NCBI GenBank assembly: GCA_002269645.1
Contig: NIVC01002588.1
Span: 1 to 44,265 of the forward strand
DNA: 44,265 nt
DNA from: Macrostomum lignano
Lineage: Eukaryota
Direction of reading: 5' to 3'
The position numbers and the translations under genes are program-made. Below are positions 26,201 to 37,116 of the stretch, one piece after another (the first letter of the stretch is position 1; each line of letters opens with the position of its first letter). Under the pieces are notes generated by a model. The model did no database searches. It worked only from the letters and a program-made list of their open reading frames with translations, and had not been told where the DNA came from.

Positions 26201-29200
26201 TGCGGTGGTTGCTTTTGCAGGCGTTTTCTGCGCAAATTCCAATCAGTTTTGGGATCGGGAGGGTTAGGGGAGGGGTTGGGCTGAAGTGGCGGCGCTGCAG
26301 CCTCTATGCAGCGGTTCACGTGATGCGAAGATGCGCATTCATTTAGTTGCCCCCCTCTCTCTCAGCCACTGGATTAGAGAGGCTTTAAGCTTCTAGATAG
26401 GAAAAGTTTTAAGCTACGTCAGTCTCTTACTGGAATTTTCCTGCACTTTATGCGCGTATGAATATACGGATTTTTGAAATAGCAGCACCTGGGTAACTGG
26501 GTAGCCAGGACTGGCATGACTCATTGCTGATGGTCTACGCATCTATGGACTGTTGAACCTTAGTCAAAAATGGAAACAAAAGCTGTCGATTTCTCCTCTC
26601 AGATCTTTCGTGTTGGAACGTGTCGAAGTTCGCTTAAATATTGTTGACAACGCGTTGTCCCAGCTTGAAATGCTGCCAGCTCGATGATGTCGCAGATTCT
26701 TTTACAGACATTGCTTAGCTGCGTTCTATTTTTTTCTAGAAATTTATTCGAACGCCTTTCGGTAGAGAAGACTTGCTAGTTTGTTCTTGAATACTCGATT
26801 CTTTCAGTTTCCCACTCCTATTCTCCGTTTCCATTGCCCCTGATTACGCCCTCCTGATTCTTCTTCTTCGTTTCAATCCTCCCCCTTTCCGCTCTTCTTC
26901 GTTTCAATCCTCCCCCTTTCCGCTCTTCTTCGTTTCAATCCTCCCCCTTTCCGCTCTTCTTCGTTTCAATCCTCCCCCTTTCCGCTCTTCTTCGTTTCAA
27001 TCCTCCCCTTTTCCGCTCTTCTTTGTTTCAATCCTCCCCCTTTCCGCCCCCTTCTTTGTTTCAATCCTCCCCCTTTCCGCCCCCTTCTTTGTTTCAATTC
27101 TTCTCTTTCTGCCCCTTTTATTTCCAATCCTCCCCTTTCCGCCCCTTTTAGTTTCAGTCCTCTCCTTTCCGCCCCTCTTATTTCCAATCCTCCCCTTTCC
27201 GCCCCTCTTAGTTTCAGTCCTCTCCTTTCCGCCCCCCTTCTTTGTTTCAATTCTTCTCTTTCCGCCCCTTTTATTTCCAATCCTCCCCTTTCCGCCCCGT
27301 TTAGTTTCAGTCCTCTTCTTTCCGCCCCCCTCTTTGTTCCAATCCTCCCCCTTTTCCACCCGCTCTCTCCGTCCGCCCCCTTCCCATGCCGATTCGAGCT
27401 CGCCAATGAAGCTCGCTTCCTGTTACTTTTATTCGGCCAGGTCCGGCGAAGGCGCCGAGCAGGCCCGCAATCTAATCGGCTGGACTCAGATCGAGCTGGA
27501 AGAATTCCTGCGCAAACAGTCCCTATTCTTCGACATTCACCCGGCCGACGGCTCAGTGTCCTGCCGGCGCGCCCAGAAGCTCAACATCATCATCACCGGC
27601 GGCCGGCGCTCCAACCGAGACGGCAAGTCCGGCGCCGGCGGCGGCTCTGCCGGCGTAGATCAAACCGCGCCCCGGACGCTGACCAATCGCCGCGGCCGAG
27701 TGTTCCACTGCGCCAGACTGTGGGGCATCATCGATCTGGGCCGGCACGAGCACGTGTTCTTTGACAAGTCCATCTTTAAACACGTGGACGATTTGCAGAA
27801 GCACTTTAAGGTGAACTAATTATACTAAGGCATTAATTCATTTTAGAATGCCATTTATAGTGGAATCCATCTTTTGGACTCCATCAGTTTTATTCCCTTC
27901 TTTACTCCACTTTCCACCCCTACCAGACATCCGCCCCTACGTTCCTCCGCTCCTCATATCCCCTTTTCGTCCGCTCCTGCCCTCCACCCCTTCATCCGCT
28001 CATCCGCCCCTTCATCCGCTCCTGCCCTCCACCCCTTCATCCACTCATCCGCTCCTTCATCCGCTCCTACTTACTTACTTACTTACTACTGACGGGGGGG
28101 CGCAGGAGCCGCGAGGCCCCTATCGCAACCCCAAAATAAAAGAGCACAAGGATTAACCTTGGGGGTGCGCCCAGTCCCCGCCTGTAGTCGGCAGGTTTGC
28201 AGTGGAGGCATCGGCGACCCTAATCTGGCCGGAGTCCCGGATGAAGGCGCGAAGGTCACGGATATTGTCCGGGGTGGTCAGCTCGTCCATCCGCTGGGGG
28301 TGGCCGAGGTATTTGTGCCGCGCCTTGTTGAAGTAAGGGCAGAAGGTGACGTGATGCTCCGCGGTCTCCTCTCCTATGCCACAGAAAGGACAGGTGGGAG
28401 GGCAACCGGTTTGCAACGATATATGTCTCTGGAAGAATCCATAGCCGGTTAGGACCATGCACATCTCCCTGAGGTCTGTTCTGTTAAGCGAAATCAGATA
28501 ATCAGAGACTTTCCTGTTCAGGTTAGGCATGGCAGAGCGGGTTTGCCTGTACTCGGTGCAGCTGTTCCAGTGGAGCTGGTGCTGCTGATGGAGCCACCTG
28601 TTGATATGGCGGGTGACTTGCGACCTGGGAGTGGGTAGCCTCATCAGACGGTGGTTGCCGTCTGGGTTGCTGCCCTCCTTGGCGAGAGAGTCCGCGAGCT
28701 CGTTGCCCAGGATGTTGCTGTGACCAGGTGTCCAGATAATTCTAATCCTGTTAAGGACTGAGAGGGATTGCACACTGCGGTGGCATTGATATACTGTAGC
28801 AGCGGAGATATTCTCAGTGGTTAAGGCCTTAATAGCGGCTTGGCTATCAGTGTAAAATTTAATATTGAAGTTATTAATATTCACCTGGAGCAGGTGCTGG
28901 GCGCACTGCTCAATGGCGCAAATTTCTGCTTGGAAAACCGAGGTGTTCTCACCGAGGTGCAGACTTTCCTGGAAGAGCATCTTACCCTCGTGGAAAATGA
29001 CAATACCCGCTCCAGCGCGCCTCATCCGCTCCTATCCTCTGCCCCTCATATCCGCCCCTCCATCCGTATAATCTAGCCTATTTAACCGCCCCACTCCAGA
29101 TGAACGAGATTCTGTACTTCAACGCCATCCTGGCGCCAAAGGAGAGCCGCGCTAAATGGCGCGCTACTCAGGTTTGGAAGGAGGCCGACCGAGCCGTGAT

Positions 29201-29621
29201 GGAGCGCCTGTCCGGCGGAGCCCTGACCGCCGCCGCCTCGGCCGTCAAGAGTCCGCTGGGCCCCGAACCGCTGGACAGCCTCGAGCTGGCCGACGATATC
29301 AAATTCCTGTCCGACATTGACGAGACCGAGCTGCGCCGGGTGCTGCAGGACGACGCCGACAGTCGGACTAGCAGCTCCGTGCCGTCGCCTGTGCTGACGC
29401 CCGACCTCTCCGAAGGCAAGGATGAGCCGCCGCCGCCACCGCCGCATCAGCAGCCGCCGCAGCCGACGCCATCGCGTTCGACAAGCGGCGGCTGCTGCTC
29501 GCGTTGTCAGGCGCCAACTACGCCGGCCGCCTGTAACGGTGGTAGAAAAATGGTCACTATGGCAACGCAGACTCTTAGCACGGGCGAGATTATGGCTACT
29601 CAGATTTTTCACGATCCATGA
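23224..29621 (+). CDS. Egalitarian-like winged-helix repeat plus cold-shock/OB-like protein; exons 23224-23314 (tentative), 24327-25280, 25874-26075, 27441-27810, 29100-29621 (about 712 aa)
   Basis: Repeat 1 ([10 protein letters not shown]...LTSLSQHF...[30 protein letters not shown]) and repeat 2 ([10 protein letters not shown]...[36 protein letters not shown]) resemble the N-terminal repeats of Drosophila Egalitarian. A third repeat spans exons 3/4. [26 protein letters not shown] resembles a cold-shock RNP1/RNP2 pattern. Splice phases 1,1,2,0 are all consistent. The first exon is less certain; Met at 24380/24383 is an alternative start. Confidence 0.85.
23365..23748. repeat. About 33-bp minisatellite in the first intron of the Egl-like gene
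   Basis: AGCAATTCCCCCCTTTAGCATTGGCAGCATCTC units with variable C-run. Confidence 0.9.
25335..25806. repeat. 21-bp intronic minisatellite
   Basis: TAGATCCGATTCTAGACCTAC, about 22 copies. Confidence 0.95.
26853..27350. repeat. 30/31-bp pyrimidine-rich intronic minisatellite
   Basis: TTCTTCGTTTCAATCCTCCCCCTTTCCGCTC and variants. Confidence 0.9.
28070..29021 (-). mobile_element. 5'-truncated non-LTR retrotransposon (RNase H plus CCHC-type C-terminus) in an intron
   Basis: Uninterrupted ORF: AGAGIVI...[10 protein letters not shown]...[12 protein letters not shown]...[21 protein letters not shown] (RNase H), then [18 protein letters not shown]. (TAAG)n tail at 28070-28088. 13-bp TSD TCATCCGCTCCTA at 28057-28069 and 29022-29034. 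Confidence 0.92.
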
Positions 29622-29742
29622 GCTTTAGAGACACTTCGGTTGAAATGCTGAACTTCACCAGCTGTCTGCTGCTCTGGTTTTTATATGCTTCTGTGATCTG
29701 TGACCCCATTCTACAATGTCCTAGACTAAAACTCCAATCCAC

Positions 29743-30647
29743 AATGTCTGGGAATCGAACCCCAAACTTCAATCTTGAGGAGTTTAACTCCAACCCATAA
29801 TGTCTGGGAATCGAACCCCAAACTTCAATCTTGAGGAATTGAACTCCAACCCACAATGTCTGGGAATCGAACCCCAAACTTCAATCCTGGTAAATGAACT
29901 TCAACCCTCAATGTCTGGGAATCGAACCCCAAACTTCAATCTTGAGGAATTGAACTCCAACCCTCAATGTCTGGGAATCGAACCCCAAACTTCAATCCTG
30001 GGAAATGAACTTCAACCATCAATGTCTGGGAATCGAACCCCAAACTTCAATCTTGAGGAATTGAACTCCAACCCTCAATGTCTGGGAATCGAACCCCAAA
30101 CTTCAATCCTGGGGAATTGAACTTCAATCCACAATGTCTGGGAATCGAACCCCAAACTTCAATCTTGAGGAATTGAACTCCAACCCACAATGTCTGGGAA
30201 TCGAACCCCAAACTTCAATCTTAAGGAATTGAACTTCAACCCACAATGTCTGGGAATCGAACCCCAAACTTCAATCCTGAGGATTTTAACTCCAACCCAT
30301 AATGTATGTCTTGAAATCGAACCCCAAACTTCAATCCTGGGAAATGAACTTCAACCCTCAATGTCTGGGAATCGAACCCCAAACTTCAATCTTAAGGAAT
30401 TGAACTCCAACCCACAATGTCTGGGAATCGAACCCCAAACTTCAATCCTGAGGATTTTAACTCCAACCCATAATGTATGTCTTGAAATCGAACCCCAAAC
30501 TTCAATCCTGGGAAATGAACTTCAACCCTCAATGTCTGGGAATCGAACCCCAAACTTCAATCTTGAGGAATTGAACTTCAACCCACAATGTCTGGGAATC
30601 GAACCCCAAACTTCAATCTTGAGGAATGAACTCCAACCCTCAATGTC
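29743..30647. repeat. 56-bp satellite (28+28 dimer) carrying tRNA B-box-like motifs on the - strand
   Basis: AATGTCTGGGAATCGAACCCCAAACTTC + AATCTTGAGGAATTGAACTCCAACCCAC. The reverse complement contains GGGTTCGATTCCC and GAGTTCAATTCCTC. Confidence 0.93.
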
Positions 30648-32274
30648 GTGAAATGAGACTGCAAGAATTTCTCTTATTAAAAGGACAATCTGTACTTTTT
30701 ACTTTTGCTAAAAGATGTCTATCAGTGACTGGTGGCGGCCCCTCATCTCGGAGGTGTGTGGCGTGTGTATTATATTAATTTAAACTAAATTTTACAACAT
30801 TTTTGTACCTAACTGTTCAGTCAAAATTATAATTGGTACAGCAGCTGGCATATATCCTGTTTTTTAATTGCTGTTTTTCGCCATGCAGCACTGGGAATCT
30901 TCGCAAGCACAATCTCGCTGATCTATGCATCTTCAGCAGATCTCTGACTATCAAATAAAATATTTAAACAAAAAAGGCTTTGCACTTTTGCAACCGTTTC
31001 TTCTCTGGTGTATAAAAATTGTTTGTTATTTTTTGTTTTGCAAATTTTTATCTCATTTTTGCCCAGTTGGTTTTTGTTTGTTGAACTGCATTGCAACAAA
31101 TCCGGAAGTGAAAATCATGTTGTTTTGTTATAAATTAACAAATTTAATGTGCAATTTTTTAACGCTTTCTTTGCCCTGGTAATAATAATAATAATAGTTA
31201 TTATTATTTTTTATACAGCTTTATCTGCCTTGTGCGTTTTTTTGTTTTGTTATAATGATACTATATTTGTTTTACAGCGCTTGGCTCACCGATCTCCATT
31301 TCTCTGTGGTTCTCTTGTGGTTTTCAGTAAATCCTGCCTCCTAAAAATTTCTAATAATCGTAGTTTCCCGACCTACTTTGAGTAGTTTAAATGCATCGTA
31401 CACACAAAGACACGGCGCGCGCTTTCTCACCTTCCGACATCAGTTTTCGTGTCTGTGTGTCTCCCCTCTCCGTGATTGCGTTACTGATGAAACTAATTAA
31501 ATAAATTAATCAAACCGGCCTCTGTTGTGCCTGCTGTCGCCTTAAATAATTTTTATTTCTTTATATTTTCATAATTTGCCAATTCTGGTAACTCTTTCTG
31601 TTTTCATTGAACTCTAATTACCATTTTATAATTTAAATACCATTTTGAGGGTTTCTTGTAAAACTAACTGCACTACTGTCGCATCTCTCTCTAAGATAGT
31701 AGCATGTATGGAATATTACTAGCGTTATTTGGCATTTCTCCGTTTTGTATCGTTATTGAAAAAATCGGCATTGTCACAGAATTCATCTTGGTATTTAATA
31801 AATTTTTATTCATAATTAGATTTTCCTAATTAAGTGTCCTGACGGCACTGTTGGTTCTGGGTTCTCAAACTTTTAAAAATTTTATTTATACACACCTAGT
31901 TTTGTGCTACAATCGCTAATAAAAGTGCACCGCGTCCTCTCTTTTTCGTGCTGCCACATCTGCTTTAAAACATTATATATCTGGCATTGTAACAGATTTA
32001 GCTGGACTATATATGTGCGCATGATACTACTCTATTGTACTGAGCAATGCAAATCCTAACTTTATTTTAATTTATATTTATATGCTAATTGCTCTTGCTG
32101 CTTTTGCCCAGTCTGAATATGCGACGTGTTCATAGTCGCATACCGTATATAATATACAATTAGCCAAAAACAACCCATGCAAGTCACTCACTTCTTTCAG
32201 ATGGAGAATTGAAAATCTTTTGTCTGTGACATTTTCCTCACAATTTATTTCTTTCTCTATATACAGCTGCAACG

Positions 32275-33636
32275 AGACTCCGGCTAAGACATGAGAGTCT
32301 GGCTAAGAGATGAGAGTCTGGCTAAGAGATGGCAGTCTGGCTAAGACATGAGAGTCTGGCTAAGAGATGACAATCTGGCTAAGAGATGAGAGTCTGGCTA
32401 AGAGATGAGAGTCTGGCTAAGAGATGAGAGTCTGGCTAAGAAATGAGAGTCTGGCTAAGAGATGACAATCTGGCTAAGAAATGAGGGTCCGGCTAAGAAA
32501 TGAGAGTCTGGCTAAGAGATGAGATTCTGGCTAAGAGATGAGAGTCTGGCTAAGGCATGAGAGTCTGGCTAAGAGATGACAGTCTGGATAAGACGAGAGT
32601 CCGGCTAAGAAATGAGGGTCCGGCTAAGAAATGAGAGTCTGGCTAAGAGATGAGATTCTGGCTAAGAGATGAGAGTCTGGCTAAGAGATGAGAGTCTGGC
32701 TAAGAGATGAGACTCCGGCTAAGAGATGAGAGTCTGGCTTAGAGATGGCAGTCTGGCTAAGACATGAGAGTCTGGCTAAGAGATGACAATCTGGCTAAGA
32801 GATGAGAGTCTGGCTAACAGATGAGAGTCTGGCTAAGAGATGAGAGTCTGGCTAAGAGATGAGATTCTGGCTAAGAGATGAGAGTCTGGCTTAGAGATGG
32901 CAGTCTGGCTAAGACATGAGAGTCTGGCTAAGAGATGAGAGTCTGGCTTAGAGATGACAGTCTGGCTAAGACATGAGAGTCTGGCTAAGAGATGAGAGTC
33001 TGGCTAAGAGATGAGAGTCTGGCTAAGACATAAGAGTCTGGCTAAGAGATGAGAGTCTGGCTAAGAGATGAGAGTCTGGCTTAGAGATGGCAGTCTGGCT
33101 AAGACATGAGAGTCTGGCTAAGAGATGAGAGTCTGGCTTAGAGATGGCAGTCTGGCTAAGACATGAGAGTCTGGCTAAGAGATGACAATCTGGCTAAGAG
33201 ATGGCAGTCTGGCTAAGACATGAGAGTCTGGCTAAGAGATGACAATCTGGCTAAGAGATGACAATCTGGCTAAGAGATGGCAGTCTGGCTAAGACATGAG
33301 AGTCTGGCTAAGAGATGACAATCTGGCTAAGAGATGAGAGTCTGGCTAAGAGATGAGAGTCTGGCTAAGAGATGAGAGTCTGGCTAAGAGATGAGATTCT
33401 GGCTAAGAGATGAGAGTCTGGCTTAGAGATGGCAGTCTGGCTAAGACATGAGAGTCTGGCTAAGAGATGAGAGTCTGGCTAAGAGGTGAGAGTCTGGCTA
33501 AGAGATGAGAGTCTGGCTAAGAGATGAGAGTCCGGCTAAGACATGATCGAGAGTCCGGCTAAGAGACCTGCTAGAGATGATTACAGTCCGGCTATACTCG
33601 TAGATGAGAATCCAGCTAAGAGATGAGTCCGGCTAA
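32275..33636. repeat. 19-bp intergenic minisatellite, about 1.35 kb
   Basis: GAGAGTCTGGCTAAGAGAT with recurring variant units. Confidence 0.96.
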
Positions 33637-34205
33637 GCCTTTGAGTCATGGCATCTCAGCAACTTCTCGTTGAGTCATGGCATCTTAGCGACTCCCCCTT
33701 GACCCGTGGCACCTCAGCGTTCTCAGAATGCTAAAGCAGTTATCAGCAATATTATACTTCGACTTGCGAAAGCAAAAGAATACTCCAAAGCTCATTTTTG
33801 AGAGCTAGATTCAATCTGAAATCTTTCAACACGCTTTGCTCAACTAACATCGCCTTAACAACCTATACTCGTAGCCTAGCTCACCTTTCAGTTCGTGCTC
33901 ACTCAAAGGAAATTCTTGATGAAGAGCTTCTTGTCGAATTCTTAATTTTGCATCATAACCCCCCTCCCCAGCTCAGGCTCCGTTACCTACTCGAATATCG
34001 CTCGCTCGTCTCACTCTATCTGGCACGGAAACAACAGGCGGCTGCTTCGAGCGGCCCCGCCCGAATCTGTCTTCTTCTTCTTCTTCTTTTGAACTGCTGC
34101 AAGGGTCTGCAACTTCGACACCCCCATCCTATCCTCGATCCAACCCCCTTGTATACAAGCTGAAAGGGGAGAAAGGTTGCCAGGATTAATTGAGGAGCGG
34201 AAAGC

Positions 34206-34207
<2 letters not shown>

Positions 34208-34266
<59 letters not shown>
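34208..34266. repeat. (GA)n microsatellite upstream of FBXL16
   Basis: Perfect GA run. Confidence 0.97.
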
Positions 34267-34269
<3 letters not shown>

Positions 34270-34717
34270 GTGAGGGCGGAGAGACTAGAACGCATGAGCA
34301 GCACAGGAGCATGAAGAAGAACAAGTGAAGCTGGGAGGTGGATAAGGTGAGCTCTATCTGCTAGTATATAACAGAGGCTTGAGGCCGGCCCGTGCCGCGC
34401 TCTGAAATATGGAGAAGAAGTAGCTAAAAGAGGATGGGGAAGAGGGCAGGGACAGGACAGCCGATGGGAGTTCCCTTGCCCGCGCCCTCTGCCAGCAAAA
34501 GAGATTTTTGAGCCAATGAAATCTGTCGAAGCAGAGCACGAGCAAGCGAAAGGACGAAACTGTTGTGAATTTGAGCAGTGCGCTGTGGGAGGCGGGTGGG
34601 GCCAGGAGAAAAGAGGGGAAACCCGGGCGGAGACGAAGAGATTTTTTAGGGATGCCGCGCGTTACGCCTCTCGGCAGATTCATCCCGCAGTGAATTTGGC
34701 ATCCATTGACAACTCGA

Positions 34718-37054
34718 ATGGATGTTGGAGCTCTGGCGAAAGCCTGCGCCGACCTGACGCACAGCCTGCGCAGTCTGCGACGTCCGGGCAGCAGCAGCGG
34801 CAGCGGCGTAAACAACAGCGCCGGAAGCGTGGAAGCAGCGGGCCCGCCGCCATCCAGTCCCGTGGCGGCGCTGAAACTGCGCTTCTTCAACTTCGGCGGC
34901 GGGCAGCAGCAGCAGCAGCAAAAACAGCCGACATCGCCGCCGCCGCCGCAGCAGCAGCCTCGGCAGACGCCGCGCCACCATCGCCGCCATCTGGCCAGCG
35001 GATTACTTCACCGCTGCAATCAGCGGCCGTCCGCCCCGGACCCCGCCGAGCTGGCGTCAAGCGGCTGGCTGGCCGAGCGGCTGGCCGCCCACTGCAGCCC
35101 CTACGAGGCCGCCCGCCTCTGCCGCGTCTGTCCGGCCTGGCGGGACGCCCTCTACCGCCTGAGCTTCTGGCGCCACCTCCGCCTGCTGCTGCCGCTGCGT
35201 CTCGTCCCGCCCGAGGCCGCCGACTCAGACGCCGACTGGTCGGAGTCGATCGACCGACTCTTCGCCAGCATTGCCGAGCGTCGCATCGACTCGATCGGCT
35301 TCTCCGGCCTGACTGACGCCCACCTGGACAGCCTGCTGCCCCGGCTCGCCCACCTGGCCGGCCGGATTGCCGACCTGGCCGTCATCGATTCGCCTCTGAC
35401 CGACTCCGGATTGGCCGCCCTGCTGGCCGCCGGCGGGCCGCTGGCCGCTCTGAGCCTCACCGGCTGCAACCGGCTGGCCGAGCCGACCGCGGCCGCTTGC
35501 CGCCTGCTGTCTGGCAGCCTCGCCAGCCTCTCCGTGTCGGACTGCGCCGGCCTCACCGACCAGAGCGTGGCGGCGCTGGCGGCCCGGCTCGGCTGCCTCA
35601 GGCGGCTGGAACTGCAGGGCTGCCACCTCACAGACTGCTGCCTGCCTTGCCTGGCCGACTGTCCGGCCGGGCTGCTCAGCCTCGACCTGCCCAGCTGCTG
35701 GGAGATCACCGACCGGGGCGCCGCATCGCTGGCCGCTGCTCTGCCCGGCCTTCGGCGGCTCTGCCTGAACGGCTGCTCCAAGCTGACAGATGAAGCCGTT
35801 GACGCGCTGGCCGACGGGATGCGGCAGCTGCGCGAGCTGGACTTGGGCTGGTGCGCCCGCCTGACGGATGTGGCGCTGGAGTGCATCGCCTGCGATCTGA
35901 CACAGCTGGAGGCTCTGTGGCTGGACAGGTGGGCCGGGGTGACAGTATTGTGTCAGGATGGAAGGAGCCGGGTTGACAGTATTGTGTCAGGAGGGAAGGA
36001 GCCGGGTTGACAGTATTGTGTCAGGAGGGAAGGAGCCGGGTTGACAGTATTGTGTCAGGAGGGAAGGAGCCGGGTTGACAGTATTGTGTCAGGAGGGAAG
36101 GAGCCGGGTTGACAGTATTGTGTCAGGAGGGAAGGAGCCGGGTTGACAGTATTGTGTCAGGAGGGAAGGAGCCGGGATGACAGTCTTGTGTCGGGAGGGA
36201 AGGAGCCGGGTTGACAGTATTGTGTCAGGAGGGAAGGAGCCGGGTTGACAGTATTGTGTCAGGAGGGAAGGAGCCGGGTTGACAGTATTGTGTCAGGAGG
36301 GAAGGAGCCGGGTTGACAGTATTGTGTCAGGAGGGAAGGAGCCGGGTTGACAGTATTGTGTCAGGAGGGAAGGAGCCGGGTTGACAGTATTGTGTCAGGA
36401 GGGAAGGAGCCGGGTTGACAGTATTGTGTCAGGAGGGAAGGAGCCGGGTTGACAGTATTGTGTCAGGAGGGAAGGAGCCGGGTTGACAGTATTGTGTCAG
36501 GAGGGAAGGAGCCGGGTTGACAGTATTGTGTCAGGAGGGAAGGAGCCGGGATGACAGTCTTGTGTCGGGAGCGGAAGCGAAGTGAGAAACACACACGAGT
36601 ATAAAGAAGCCACACTAGGAAATACTAGATGTAAGGAAAGATGTGAAGTTTTCAAATAATAAGCGCAAAGCAAAAAAATGAAATTTGTCCAGTGAGCTGA
36701 GCTGGGATTTTAGGAAAGTTGCAATGTCTAATTACTGTTCATGTGACAGTGAGGCATGTGAGTATGCATATGAGCAACACAACAGATGTGCTCAATTACA
36801 GCAATTAGCCACTGTCAAGCAGTTTGCTTCAGCAAGCAAATTATAGCCTTTGTTGGCTGCGGCCCTTTGGGTTGAATGCCTGTTCATGAGGCGGCAGTTA
36901 GAGCCGGCTGATGGGCCCTCAGCAGAGCAACCGCTGGTTTGACTACTTTCTTGGGCCGTCGTTTTTAATTTGACTCTTGAAAGTTTTTTCTCCTTTGTTG
37001 GGGGGGATCTAGCTTTTATCTACTGATGTTGCTGACTTGTGAGCCATGTGTTCT

Positions 37055-37116
<62 letters not shown>

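Noticed and set aside
30723-30893. Possible small CAGTG...CACTG element
   Set aside because: TIR similarity is weak and there is no target-site duplication.
34354-35903. Long overlapping alternative-frame and antisense ORFs over FBXL16 (and similarly over the Egl-like and frazzled exons)
   Set aside because: Expected in very GC-rich exons with few stops; no recognisable domains.
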